This document shows positions 10,520 to 24,006 of a DNA stretch of 64,000 bases, piece by piece. The stretch is from assembly GCA_052426225.1 (NCBI GenBank), contig JBNJNM010000008.1, forward strand, positions 2,046,001 through 2,110,000, read 5' to 3'. A model generated the notes under the pieces. The model searched no databases. It was not told the DNA's origin and saw only the letters and a list, made by a program, of their open reading frames with translations. Both the position numbers and the translations under genes were made by a program. Source of the stretch: Zancudomyces culisetae HAW-14-8. Its lineage: Eukaryota; Fungi; Kickxellomycota. Each line of letters begins with the position of its first letter. The stretch's first letter is position 1.

Positions 10520-12877
10520 TTTTGAAATTTTCCTTTATCTATGTTTTTTTTTTTTACTTTTTTTTTTATAGCTTATCCTAAAGTTTTTGAATTACCCTTA
10601 TCCAAATTGAATTTCATAAAAATTAAATAAATTTTATTTTTCTTACTCTATATCTTTTAGATATTTCTTATCCTAATCAATTCAATTCAATTCAATTTAA
10701 TCCAATTCAAGTCAATGCTATTCCAAATCCAACTCAAACTGACCAGAGTACTTTATCAGTTATTTTCTATATTCTCTAGATGATCCTGTTTATTTTTTGA
10801 AATCCTATTTTTCCAGTCTCTCTGTAAGAATATATAAAGCTATCTCACTTTCACCGTTATCTTCAACGTGATTCTCGCTTTATTTTTTATTTTTTATTAC
10901 TATTTTTACCTGTTGTTAAATATTTTATTTCAGTATTTTGTGTGTTTTATGTGTGTGTATTATTTTTTTTCTTTTTGTTACCATTATCGCTGTTATTTTT
11001 TATTTTTTATTTTTCATTTTTTTTTTCCATTTTATCATCAGCTCCGTTAAAATCTTTAATTTTATCTTTACAAAAACATCCAATAGTTTAGAAATCCAAT
11101 AAACTCTTTTTTAGTTCATTTTATTTATCTTTGCTCCTGTATTGCTGAGCTTTTATTTTTCTTTCAATTAAATCGTAAAATTGGATTTAATTACTGGCCA
11201 ACTTTTTGTGCAAATCTATTTGAAACATTCCTCTCTCCCCTCTCTGCCCTCTGCCTCTGCCTCTGCCTCTTCCTCTCCTCCCTCATCATTTAACCCTTCC
11301 ACAACATTACTAATACATTCAAACAATAATCGCTTTGCGATTAACGGAAAATTTAAAAAATAAAAAAAATTTTTTTTTCTGCTATTTCTTTAGCACCACA
11401 ATTATTATTTGTGTTTGTTTTTGTTTTTGTTTTTTTTTTTTTCTATGCTAGCTGGCTTAAATAACAAACTCTAAAATTTGAGCTCAGTACTCAGTAAAAT
11501 ATATCCAAAAAATATCATTTACTCTTGTGAAATTGACCTAGTATTGAGCGTTTAGCTTTCTGATACATAGAAAAAAATAAAAATAAAACACTTGACTATT
11601 GATAACTTGTACATTTACCCCAATTAAACATCTTTACAGTCCTAGTACATACAAAAGCTTGAATGTTGATCAAGATTTTATCATATAACATGTGTTTACC
11701 ATTCCTTTAAAGGCGCCATTACAATGTATCACTGTTTTCATATTCTAATTACATAACCAAGTTGAGTGGGATTTCCTTTACAACACATCAAGTCTAAACG
11801 TAAGCAGTTCTATAAGTCCGTATTGTTTTTTAGCAAGCAAAATTAGTATGTAACAAAAATAATACCAACTCTATGAATAACTAGTATGTTATTTTACAAC
11901 GCATTGGAGAGAAAGTATTCTGAATTCAATATAATCTTAGCCGATAAGTCAGACCAGCTTGAATATTCACGAAGAAGAAATATGGATGAAGGATATATGG
12001 ATGTTTTGCAACACAGTATCTGATCAACCAAGCTAATTCTCGGTTTCTACTTATGAAATACATCTTGTGCCCACTAGTTTTTCAATAAATTACTCTAGCT
12101 GCCTGAACCTAACTAGGTCAAACGAAAACATCTCTCAAGGTATTAGTTTCCGAGTACAACCAAGTTGAGTGGTTTTTTTTGTTCATTTTTCAGAGTGAAA
12201 TGTTTTTTTATAATGAACGACTTTTACCAGAAACTTTGGCGTTCTAGTGGTAAACTTGCGTTAGAAAGAGGAGATGGATAGCAGCAAAAATACTCGAAAC
12301 TCTAAAGAAGGCATTTTCTAACCATTTACCATTAGATTAACACACACACACCCGTATACTTATTGAAACCCTCTTGTTTCTATTAAATTGCTTTTGCTTG
12401 GGAGTCTCTCGGGCCATTATTTCAAAGATTTATAGTTTGATGAAAAGTCTCAACACTGTTACTCTTACATTTTGTGTCTGCCTTTTAATTTTTTTTTTGG
12501 TAAAATAAAATATACATTTTATGTCTTTATCATGGGTAGTCCTGTCCCAACTCGCACAAGAATAGAAAAGCTAATTGAGTTAAAAAAAAAAAAGTGACAG
12601 GCTTTTCCACCATTCTATTTCATTGGTGACATTTATAGAAATACTATTGGTTCACGCACACAAACTATATAATTCTATTAGCATTTTGTAAATGTTTATT
12701 TTCTTTTTATCCCAGATTTTGGTTAGTGTACCAATAAAAATAGGCTTTGCAATTCAAATTAGTATACTACGTTCTATAGTTACAAAACATACACGCTGAC
12801 TTTTTCCAACCAAAATTCACATTTAACAATAAACAATAAATAAATAACAAAAAACAAAAGAAATACTGATTTGCACT

Positions 12878-13798
12878 ATGGCAAACCAAATCCAAACAGA
12901 TGATTTTGCAGAAATCCGAACACAACTGTACATTGGCGCTTACCAAGCAGTCATCAACAATCTTTCCTCGACTAACAATCAGTACAAGCGAATCAACCAA
13001 GACGAGACCAAATTGCTGCTGAGCCGTGCATATCTCGCTCTAGGTAGGTACAATCTAGCACTATCAGAACTCGACAATTCCGGCGGCAAGGCAACCCTCG
13101 AAGCTGCCAAAATCTTTGTAAAATATCACCAAGCAAAGGCCGCCAAAAACAACGCTGAAATGGACAAGCTGGCTGATGAGGCCTCTGCTCTTTTAGAGAC
13201 CGAATCGAACATTACCGATCCATCCTTTGTTGTTATTCTCAGTCTTATTTACCTAAACCAAGAACGATACGAGGATTCAATGAAACTTTTAGCCTTACAT
13301 CCTCAGAATATTGAGTGCATTGCCATAATGACACAAGCATACCTCATGATCAACAGAGTCGATATGGCAGAACAATTACTAGCACGTTCAAAGAAACAAT
13401 TTGAAGAGTCGCCCATCTACCAGCTTGCTGAAGCCTGGGTTTGCCTGTTTGTAGGCGGAAAGAAGAACGACAGAGCATTCTATACATTCGACGAGCTCGG
13501 CCAGCTCATCTCCTCCCCCTCTGTAAAACTAATGAACTGCCAAGCCATTTCAAAATTGCACCTCAATCAGTATCCCGAGGCTGAGGGTATTTTGTTGGAG
13601 GCTATGGACAAGGAAAGCTCTAATGCCGACACCCTCGTAAATATGAATATCTGCTCGATTTTGATGGAAAAGGATGCCGAGACTATAAGCAGGCTAAAAA
13701 GTCAACTTGAAGACCAACATCCAAATATCGCTTTTGTTGCTGATATCAACAAAAAGGCCGCACTTTTCGATGAGCTTGCAAATAAATTTGCTGCATAA
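12878..13798 (+). CDS. SEC28: Coatomer epsilon subunit (epsilon-COP), TPR-like
   Basis: 306 aa with LYIGAYQAVIN, RAYLALG, QLAEAWVCL..GG..AFYTFDEL and C-terminal K.ALFDELA, all typical of COPE. Confidence 0.9.
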   Translation: MANQIQTDDFAEIRTQLYIGAYQAVINNLSSTNNQYKRINQDETKLLLSRAYLALGRYNLALSELDNSGGKATLEAAKIFVKYHQAKAAKNNAEMDKLADEASALLETESNITDPSFVVILSLIYLNQERYEDSMKLLALHPQNIECIAIMTQAYLMINRVDMAEQLLARSKKQFEESPIYQLAEAWVCLFVGGKKNDRAFYTFDELGQLISSPSVKLMNCQAISKLHLNQYPEAEGILLEAMDKESSNADTLVNMNICSILMEKDAETISRLKSQLEDQHPNIAFVADINKKAALFDELANKFAA

Positions 13799-13954
13799 AT
13801 CAATTGCTATATACCTTTATTTACATTTTATGTGTTCAAATTCTATTTTTTTTTTATAAATATATAATTGACCTTGTTGGATAAGCCCTGTTTTGAAATA
13901 TATTTAACAGCTAAAAACTTTTCTCTGATTCGAGCAGAATAACGGTACAGGTTC

Positions 13955-14839
13955 CTAGTTTGTCACCCCAATATATTTATTGATTATAACATCTGCCTGC
14001 TCCACCACCTTTTGCATTTCGTTTGTAAGCTCCAACTCTCCTATAACCAGATATATTTTTTTTCTCACCAAGTTGGTACATTTAACTAGACTTATTCATA
14101 TTATATTCAATACTGTATCTTTGAGTATCAAAAAACAAAAACACAGAGTTGGGTAGTCCCCAGTACGTAGCAGTGATATTTAAACTGAGCTTTATAAAAC
14201 TTACCATCGCTATTTACTAAAAAAGAAGATTTGTCGCCTACTTTTCCCAATTCTTCTAACGCCTCCTCAATCTCTGCCACTACACCCTGACCTTGAAGTT
14301 TGTGGATTTCCCGAAGTGTTCTATTTTCGAGATTGAATAAAACAGCATATATTGTTAATACGATCATACACGTGCCAAAATATAAACAAGATAAAACCAT
14401 ATCGTAATACCACATACTTTAATTTTCCTATTCTTTCGCCAACTGGTATATATCTGAGAGCCGATCCTCGAAAGGCATCGTCATACCCCTTCTGTGTTGA
14501 TTCTTCTTTGCCGTAATCTATTCCTTCCCTGTACCCAAACTATAATTTTCCATTCATTTTTGTTACTCATTCGTATTGATATTTAGCACTTTGAAAATTC
14601 ACAAATTTATTTTTAAAGGTAAGGAAGAGAATTGTATCAATTATGGAATCAAATATTGATAGGATTATAATGAGAGGAGGGGGGGGAGGGGGAGGGGAGT
14701 GAACTAATACCTTTTCATAGATTTGTCTTTGTTTTTCAAGGTTATTTTGAGAAATCAACCTCTCGCTCGATACCTTTGTCTCTGATTGTTCGTCGTCTGA
14801 ATCATACCAAACATCGCTAGACTCGCTATTTTTTCTCAT
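13955..14839 (-). CDS. YAE1: Yae1-family protein, 4 exons
   Basis: Exons 14839-14711, 14539-14418, 14320-14205 and 14040-13955 join in frame with GT-AG introns. Contains N-terminal DVW.DSD and FGYREGIDYGKEESTQKGYDD (Yae1 GX3-type motif). Confidence 0.75.
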
Positions 14840-15106
14840 TTTTACTGTCTTCTTCGCTTTATTTTTTGTCTGAATATCTACATAAATCTAAAACACTTTT
14901 CTAAGCGCATTGATTTTCTAGTAAAAGATGTAAAAATAAACTATTGCATTTCAAAATGTCAGATTTATAATCCTCGGAAAAAAAAAACTACGGGAGAACA
15001 TTTTTACGATATTTGGGCAAATACGACTAGTTTGATCATGTATTTTGCCATGAGAGAATGTATCTAGATTGATACTCAAAAACTCGAGGCAATATTCAAT
15101 CAGTCC

Positions 15107-16822
15107 TTAGTGACTTTGATTCCATTTTACACAATCGTCAAACCTAACCAGTTTTCCACCAAAGATGTCCAGTGCGCTAAACAACCATAACATTTGAAAA
15201 TTTTAAATTTTGTACAATGAGTCAAACACAAATTAAAGCACAATAAATACACTGTATCTACTATATATCACAACGAGATTAATACACACCTTCCAATTGT
15301 TATATCCACCTTTCCGTTAGAAAGTCTGTGAACTTTATCCAGATCCAGTATGCCTATTTTTTTTAATCAAGAATGATATGTAAACCAAGCGTAAGGTATG
15401 CCGAATATACCATATAAAATACACACTTACTTGACGCGCCTCCTGCATATGTCGTTGGAATCGACACCCATTCACCCAACACTAAAATTTTACACTTCAC
15501 ATTAACTTGGTTTTCTAAAACTAAAAGTTTGTTAAAACACACGATTTAGTTACACACTCACATTTAACTAGCTCTTCATCAATTCCATTGCATAGCCCCT
15601 CAACATCTGCCGCATGCACTAGAAACTCGCTATTTAGTTTTTTTTTTCCCCCCCCTTCCCAAAGTTAGCAATAGACTAGCAAAATACTTTCGGTATAAAA
15701 ATATTATTTTATGATAAAAATATATTATTTCTTACCAACAGTGTTCAGACAACATTTCAAGTGTTTCTATATATTTGTGTTTAAACGATAAAGTGTTTAT
15801 CTTTACCTACCACCTCTGGCTCTTTCATTCAAGACATAGAAAAATAAATGTTCTAGTGAAATATTACCTTTGTTGACCCAAAGATCAGTGTTGTCTTGCC
15901 ACTTGTTCATTGCCACAACCCATCCCGATGCTGACTTTCGACAACTAAATAATTAAGAGGTGTAGTTTTTATTAATTTCTAGATCCCGAAACATATTCTA
16001 CATCGATTTGTGTAGCCATTATTGGTGAATAAGTTGAAAAGAACGTGATAATACCTTATATCAACCACAAGATTGTCTTTTCCTATCTTTTCGCTCAGCT
16101 CCACTAGCCGCTCCATTGAGAATTTTTTTTCGGGAAATAACCAACTCGTCACGATAACCTGTATGTTGAGAATAAACAGAGACAAAATTACAAATTAGAC
16201 ACCTGAAATATATTTATTAAACGTAAAGTTGAAATAAACAGGAAACAGTTATAATTAGCACCACTTTCCTTATCTGCACCCGAATCGAGCCAAAACTGAG
16301 CGTTTTCGATTGTAATTCCTCCTCCTACTTGCAAACCCCCTATTTAAACTCAACCAGGTTACTTTATACTCTTTAATTTACACATTTAGTAATTCATTTC
16401 AACTTTTTTTTTGCCAACTTTTATGCAAGAGGATGTAAACTGAAAATTAGATTAAAAAAAAACATACCTGGCCACGCTTGTAAAGCTTCTTTGGCAGCCT
16501 CATCATTGTTTGGCCCAAGCTTGATTAAATGTCCACCTCTTAAATCGTGTTGTTGATAAAGTTTTGCAAAATAGCTTGATGTTTTGCTATTGTTTTACAG
16601 TCAAAATTTTTATGTTTTTAAATCTCACTTATAGATTTGTAAAAGAAGCTATTATTTTCATACTAATACAGCTGGGATATATAAATTAGAATTAGCAACT
16701 TACTCTGATACAAAATTTGTTCTCAAATCGCTCTCGTTTTCTTTTAGCGTTCCACCAACTATCTGCTTCACTTTTCCATCGTGAAGATCAATGCATGGTC
16801 TAAACTTTGTTGATTTACTCAT
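15107..16822 (-). CDS. HIS6: ProFAR isomerase (histidine biosynthesis), 10 exons
   Basis: Exons 16822-16704, 16586-16468, 16339-16269, 16158-16055, 15944-15868, 15766-15735, 15629-15562, 15481-15431, 15353-15290 and 15176-15107. Translation gives [66 protein letters not shown] and [13 protein letters not shown]. Mostly missed by the ORF track. Confidence 0.95.
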
Positions 16823-18179
16823 GTTTGCGATGGAAGTTACTGAACAAACTGCTAATTGAACAGATATTTAATGCGTGTTTTTTTAGATATGTTTGTTTTC
16901 ATGTATTCACGCAATTCGTGTAAATCCTTATTATAAAAAAATATTGAAAAGTTGATTAAGAGCGATCTGCTTTGTTTGGTCATTACCAAACAATTTTGCT
17001 TGCGAATTATCAGCTGCGAGCAATAAACCAAATCAGCGGATCAAGACTCATTAAAACGATATTTGGGAATGGAACAGTGTGTTAACTGCTTTCAAAAGGG
17101 AAAACAACGAATAAAGAAGCATAGCATAAACATGGATTAAAGAAAAATAGAAAAAAGGACAACACATTTGTTTTTAAACAATAAGCAACAAAATATCTAC
17201 TGTACGTTTTCTAAATTGAAAATTGGGCTGGTGTTATCATACCTCACCTCCCCCCTCAAAAGATGCTTTTTTGAATTAACAGCACGCCCGACTGCACAAA
17301 CCCTAACAGCAAAATATATAATGGGCTAACTTGTTTCTCCTACTCTCCTCTCTTCTCCTCTGCTATTTCGATACTCATTATCAAAAGCTGAATTATATCA
17401 GTGCTTATATAAAACTCCGTAAATGGCTGTGGTGTTATTAACTCGAAAAATGGCACCTAAAGTATTGATGGTTTACGGATAGTGTGCGTGTTGAAGGTGG
17501 ATGTTTATAAAGTGTATTTTGCAATGATCATCCAAGCGCCAAAAAAAAAATAACACCTGCCCTCTTTTTTTATTTCCTGCAATCATGATGTTACCTTGGG
17601 GGCATTTTTGCGCGTTTATCGCCAAGGCTGCGTATTTATTTGTGGTAGCAACTGGGTCTAGCGAATAGGAAAACTATAATTTCCATTAGAACATGTGTTT
17701 ATCTGATTATTTGATTTGGTTTGTAGAGCGAATTTGGACACAAATCAATGGACCTGTAAAGCAAATATAGCAAACCCAATAGGGCACAGATGAGTTGCAA
17801 AAGTAATTCAAATCAACGATGTCGGAAAACAAGTGTGAGGGTCTTTAAGAGCGTACAAACAGCTGACAGTTTGTATTCATAGTGTTGTAAATATAAACAG
17901 ATGTGGAAAATAATTGCACGATTGGTATCCATCAAGTTTGTATGTGTCCGACTAATCGTATTTTCTGTTTCTACTTGCACGGATATGTATTTTTTTACCT
18001 TTTCGTTTTTTTGCTTTTTATTGAAGATATAACCGAGTCTAGATTTTATTTTCAAAAGAAAACTTAAAAAACGATTACATTTCAAAGTTTGGTCAATAAC
18101 TAGTTAAACCTGCTGTTGTTAGATAGAACTAATTTAATTCACAAGTCTTGGTGGAAATACTAAACACGAAACCGCAAAA

Positions 18180-19293
18180 ATGGGTATTGACACAACGAAT
18201 AAAGGACCTGTAAGGGTTAAATATGGGTTCAGGTCAAGTATATTATACACCGAACCAAACAGATTCAAATATCTTGCGGATGATACAGGTAACGTGTATG
18301 CTAAACGTGAATTTCCGACTTTGGATAGCAAGTAAAATAGTATATCAAGCTACCAAAAGGGTATAAACAACATTTTTCTCATATTCATATAGATAATCGG
18401 GATAATGAAGATAGTTTCGATACAAGCGAGTCAGAAAGCGAAACGGACGAGGAACCATATAAAATATTCGGATATGGTGAGCCAAAAGCAGGAAGTACTC
18501 GCTATCTACAAACCCATATGTTTAATGCACGCAAATTGGGGCTAGACCAAGTCAGAACATTTTTTGATGATATTTTCACCTCAGAGATTGGTAACTTATT
18601 TCCACAATTTTACTTTCTATGATGGTTCATTATCCACTATATATACCTAGAGTTTGTTCTTATTATCACGTTCTAATCGTATCGATTGTAATATTAAACT
18701 AGATCATGAAATTAATCAAAACAGGGAAATGTCAAGGCTAACATGGAAGATTTCGGCGTATTATACGCTAAAAAACAAAAAAATACCAACAAAAGTTGAA
18801 CACCCCCCAATGGATCCGTTTTTTGAGGATGAGCTAGAGTATAAGGTGAAAAAATCCAAAAATGCCATACAGGTAGGCAAAAATATACAGGCTCCTAACT
18901 TGAGACCCAGAACATCAATCAGCAGGTTGGCAACGGAGCCTTTACACTCAGAAATCACCAAGAAGGAGCATGACCACTGGGACTTTAAACATCGCTTTTT
19001 TAAGGGTATCAAACATCCAAAATCTACTCGTCCTACTCCAGCAAAAACAAACATTGGATATAGAAATAGTAAAGAAAATAGTATGACAACTGGTGCTGAA
19101 AGAGAAAAGAGTAATTTATTGAGTGTTTTTAGCTTTAAGGCAAGTAGCGCGGTAAGAAATGTTGATAATTTCGATACTGTTAATAGTGAAAACGGCAGTT
19201 TTAATAAAAGTAAAAGTGCCGTTCCTGGAGAATGGGGGGTCGAGAATATGGAAAATAAAAAAGAAACAAAAGGAATCGAAAATCAAGATGAAG

Positions 19294-19332
<39 letters not shown>

Positions 19333-19895
19333 ATGGTGACACTGGTACTTCATTAGCTGCGCCACAAGATAAAAGAAACTCTATAAATATAGAGGATGAT
19401 ACAGAGAAACATGAAAGTAAAATGTTGAGAATGTTTAGCTTTAAAAACAAAGGTAAAAATAAGAAAAACGACACCAAGAAAGGGAAAACGAAGAAAAGCA
19501 AAACGATTAAAGGCAAAAATGCTAAGTTAAAGGAAAAGGGGGCTAAGAGATTCGGAAAATTTGGTAAAAAAAAGGAAAAAAACGAAACAGTAGAGACTGA
19601 AGATGCTGAGGAGGTTCAAGAAACCGAAGCCGATGATACTGCCAATAGAGAGAATTCTCAGGAACAACAGAGAGGCAGCCAACAACCAGATAGTAACGAG
19701 AATGTGGCCGAAAGTAGAGAAAGTACAGAGGAGAGAGGAGAGTCGAGTAATATTTTTTCCAAACTCAAATTAAGAAGGTTTTCATTGAGGCATACCGAAA
19801 GTAGCAAGAAAACAAACGATCAAGATGACATACCAGCGGAGAAGAAAGAATCTCTAAAAAGAAGGGCAACTCTAAAGTTTTTTGGGAAAAAGTAG
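18180..19895 (+). CDS. Hypothetical K/E-rich, largely disordered protein, probably 3 exons
   Basis: ATG at 18180. GT-AG introns at about 18289-18392 and 18591-18702 join in frame to the 18654-19895 ORF. An (EG)n tract is encoded by (GAGGGT)n. No family recognised. Confidence 0.55.
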
Positions 19896-20151
19896 CTATA
19901 TTTTTGCAGTTTATTTACATTGATACACCTAATGACTGTCTTTTGTTTATTTATTTTGTCGAGTTATACATGTTTCCAAACGATCTTGAGCTTAATAGAA
20001 TAGTTTGGTAATTTTAAAGCGTGGGTCGGTATGCTCCTAGAAAATAAAAAATATTTACATCTACTGAAATCAAGTGAAGAAAAATAGTCACAAGATATCA
20101 GATAATAATAATAGTCATCATCATCATGATTGGCCAAAAGGGGGGGGAAAA

Positions 20152-21289
20152 CTACTTTCGTCCAGAGGCTATAAAATAACTTTCCGACGATTCTTTTCTC
20201 GAGGAAAGTGGCTTTACGCGATTTACGCTCGCAAACTCAGTTTTTAGTATCTTTAGCAACTCCTTTTCGCTGCTCGACATAAAATACTTCATTACTAATG
20301 CTCCTCCCGGATGAAGAAACTGCTTTGCAAGTTCAATCACACTCTTGCATAAATCCTACAAGCAAAAATGTAAAGTTTTCAGGAGAGCTAATCGACGTAA
20401 ACAAAAAAAAACAGACATTTGTTATAAGTGTGAATATAAGACGTACCATAGATTTCTCGCTATCTACAACTTTTATTCCGGACAAGGATGGTGCCATATC
20501 GCTTAAAATAAGTCCAACAAGCCTTCCATCGATTGATTTTCGTATTTGCTCCTGTACACTTCCTTCAAGAAAATCACCGCATATAAATTCTACACCGTTT
20601 ATTGAGGCCATAGGTAACAGATCGACAGCAATTATACTGCTATGGTCCAAGTGTTTCGCTGAGCTATCATTATCTATAGGCATGTTTTCGCACAGTGATA
20701 ACTTTTGGAGTACTGACTTTGTGTTACTTTGAAATGCTCTAGAACGAATAAAATCTGTATTTTTTTTGACAATGGCTTGACTCCAGCCACCAGGAGAAGC
20801 ACCACAGTCGAGTATAACCATTCCTTTATTGACTAGTTGGTTTAGATTGTTAAAAGCAGTATGTTGCAGGGAAATGTTTGAATCAGCAGATTCGGAATTC
20901 TTGATTTGATTTGCATAGCTTTTCAAAATATTTTTGTAGCAACTCTCAATCAATTTGTATTTTTCATCCATTTCCAAGATTTTAAAGCTACTGCGGGACC
21001 GAAAGCCCTCGAGTTTGGATTTGTTGACATAGTGATCGTTTGCTTGCCTAGCGAGCCATTGATTTGAAGAGCTGGATTTTTTTTTAGTTTTCTATATTAC
21101 AGGATTTATCCAATTTTTTACCAGCTTCAAGTCAAGTATGGAGGGAGAAGTATGTGTATTTAGTGATTAAATGTGAAGTAGTGTATAAAAGAATAAGAAA
21201 TTTGCGCTTACCAAACATGCAAAAGTGTGAAAACATTTACAATGAGCTCTTTGTATTGAACTAAAGGAGTTGGACTGTGCAAGGAGCAT
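20152..21289 (-). CDS. MRM2: Mitochondrial rRNA 2'-O-methyltransferase (FtsJ/RrmJ family), 3 exons
   Basis: SSNQWLARQANDHYV..FRSRSSFKILEMD, DCGASPGGWSQ, AVDLLP, ILSDMAP, GGALVMK and KPLSSRKESSESY. An intron at about 20446-20357 joins the two track ORFs. Confidence 0.88.
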
Positions 21290-24006
21290 TTTTAAAAAAT
21301 AAAAATAAAAATTACTGAATCATTCACAAAACGATATTTCCTTTACAATCAAAAAAAGATATAAAAAAAATAAGCAAATGAAAGTAACAGGTTGAGTGTT
21401 CCGGCGCAGTTGCTTGAAATTAAAAAAACTTTGCCCGGAATAATAGAAAATATCTTTTGATTTACATAATTTATTGGTTGATATAGGAATGGGATTTAAC
21501 GAGATAACTTGCAGTTTGGATAACAAGCAAATAGGGTAATTTATTGGAACAAAGTGGTGGAAGAGTAACATTTTACTAACTTTGGTATATTGTAACGATG
21601 ATGAAAATATAAATAAAGTGTTTCTTTACCTAATATAATGCATGCGGAGATAGTAAATGATGACTTGAAAAGTCCTATTTGACTTTATTTGGTTTTTTCT
21701 AGCAAGGGAAGTTGAAGAAAGACCAGAAAGTTAATATCCGTTAATTGAGTTGGTAAGGTAAACCAAACTTGTTAAAGACTGGTCACATTATGAGTAATAT
21801 CTGTTACAAGTTCTATTGTGTTAAATTACCAAAATAATATACTTGGTGCTAAAATGTAACTATATCAAAGGCTAACAAACCAAAGCCTAAATTAATTTAC
21901 ATATGAATCAATCGGTGAATTTCACCGAGGAAAATAAAAATAGATTAATTAGTTAAATGAATAGTCAAATGAATGCAAGGGTAAAGACCTCTATTTTAAC
22001 CTACCCTGCCGGTTAGCAAAAACATCAAGAAGATTGTGAGAAGGGGGGGGGGGTGAGAGTGAGAAGATGGGAAAATAGAAAGCAGTGGGATATTATTACA
22101 GTATATCTAGTAGTTTAACTGAAAAGCAGGTTGTAACCCAGATTATGGAGGATGGTTGGTGGTATATAGCACTATACAAAAAGTGAACCAAGCGTGGCCA
22201 GAAAAAGAGGAGGAGAACTTGTATCAAAAATAGACAAGGATGTGGGATAATATTATGTGTATAGTAGATACTTGTTTGACAGTCCAATAGGGTATTAACT
22301 GTAGCGATAAAGGTGATACAATGTTAAATGTCTTTTTATTTTTACCAACAGGTGGTAATACAAGAATGACAGAAATCAATGAGCTACACCATTCATTTGT
22401 GATTATGAGTGATGATATTTGTGTTCAAGTTGGATTTCCAAATTTATTAACTTTATCAAATTATCAAATTTATTCAGGTAGAGAAGCATCAAATTTCCAA
22501 AGAAAATAATAAAGATTGAAAAGGAATAGGGAGCTTTAGAACTATATAAAGCCACTGATGAAATGTATAAAGTTGGAGGGAATTGCATGTTAATATGTAC
22601 ACAATCAAGGTCAATTTAAAAAAAAACTATGCAATTAAAAAAAATAATTGGTGAATCGAACTTTTAAGTTTGATTTTGAATAAAACTGGAAAGTTTGTGA
22701 ATTAGTCGCAATTTCAATCAAAATTAGTTAGATTCGAATTTGATGGGTATTAACCGAACTTTAATGAAGCAAAAAAAAAAAAAAACGGCAGTATTTAGGG
22801 AAAATAGAGATAGTTTTTACTCTATTCTGGGACACCTGAAAGAAAAAAAGGGAGAGGAGAGGAGAGGATATAAAAAATCAAAAGAAATAGCACTTTTGGC
22901 AAACAAGTTGAAGTTAATAGTTTAGTAACTGCCAAAAATATTTTATGCGTGAGTAAGTATGAGGAAGAGATAAGCGAGTAGAATGAACACAAAGGAGGAG
23001 AGCTGGTAAGGGAGGAGAATAAAATATCTGACATTATATAAAGTGATAACCGAAATTGACAAAGTGATTTATTTCGATATAAATTAATATTGGCTCAAAG
23101 GCATAAAACCAAATCGAAATATTGAAGCTAATTAATGACCAAGGCTAGTTATAAAGCCGAAACAACCCCGAATGCTTTTCAGTCACTTTTATAAATTCAA
23201 AATATAAGATTACATAAATATTAATATGCTGAGCATGAAATTTTTCATTGAATACTAAATTGGTAAAAAAATAAATAATAAAAAATAAATCGATGCAAAT
23301 TGATTAGAAGACACACCTGAATATACCACTGTCATTTTAGCAAATAAACATTTGTTAAAATAACAGATTTGAAATTAGAGTGACAGGTATAAGTAAATTT
23401 TTTTATAAAATGATTTGTAATAAAAGCGATGTACACTATCAAAACAGTTTGTGCAACCTGTTGGTATAGAATCGCAGCATATAAAAGCTGGAGAAAAGTG
23501 AGGAGCAGAAAGTTAAAAAAAAATAATAGGACCTAAAAAAAAAAATAAGGGCTTTCCTGGGAGCTTATGCAAATACCATGAATTTCAATATTGGGAATTG
23601 TAAAGCAATTCAGTAATTTTATAACTGAAAAGTGCGTAAAAAGCAAACCGATATAGTATGGTAAAGAAGGGAAGGAAAGGGAAGGGATAAACGCATAATT
23701 TTGAGGTAGAGAGGCTTATGTGTTTAATAGTAATAATAAAGTAAAAGTATTGATATTGATATAGATATAGACACAGATATAGGTAAACGCCTTGATTGTA
23801 TCCAAGAAAAGGGAGCACGTATTTTCAAAGGGATAAAGATACAACTACAAACGGGCGGTAGGAATGACAAATAGACAGAGGTGATAATTTGTATAGAGGA
23901 AAAAAGCTGGAAAAAAGTATATGATATTAGAGAAGGGAACAGAGTGAGATTGAATAAACGCATTAATACGAACCTCTATAGCCAACTTTGAAAAACAAGA
24001 CTTGAA

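Noticed and set aside
11755-12175. 15-bp direct repeat AACCAAGTTGAGTGG about 400 bp apart
   Set aside because: No ORF, terminal structure or recognisable homology between the copies; may be chance or an old relic.
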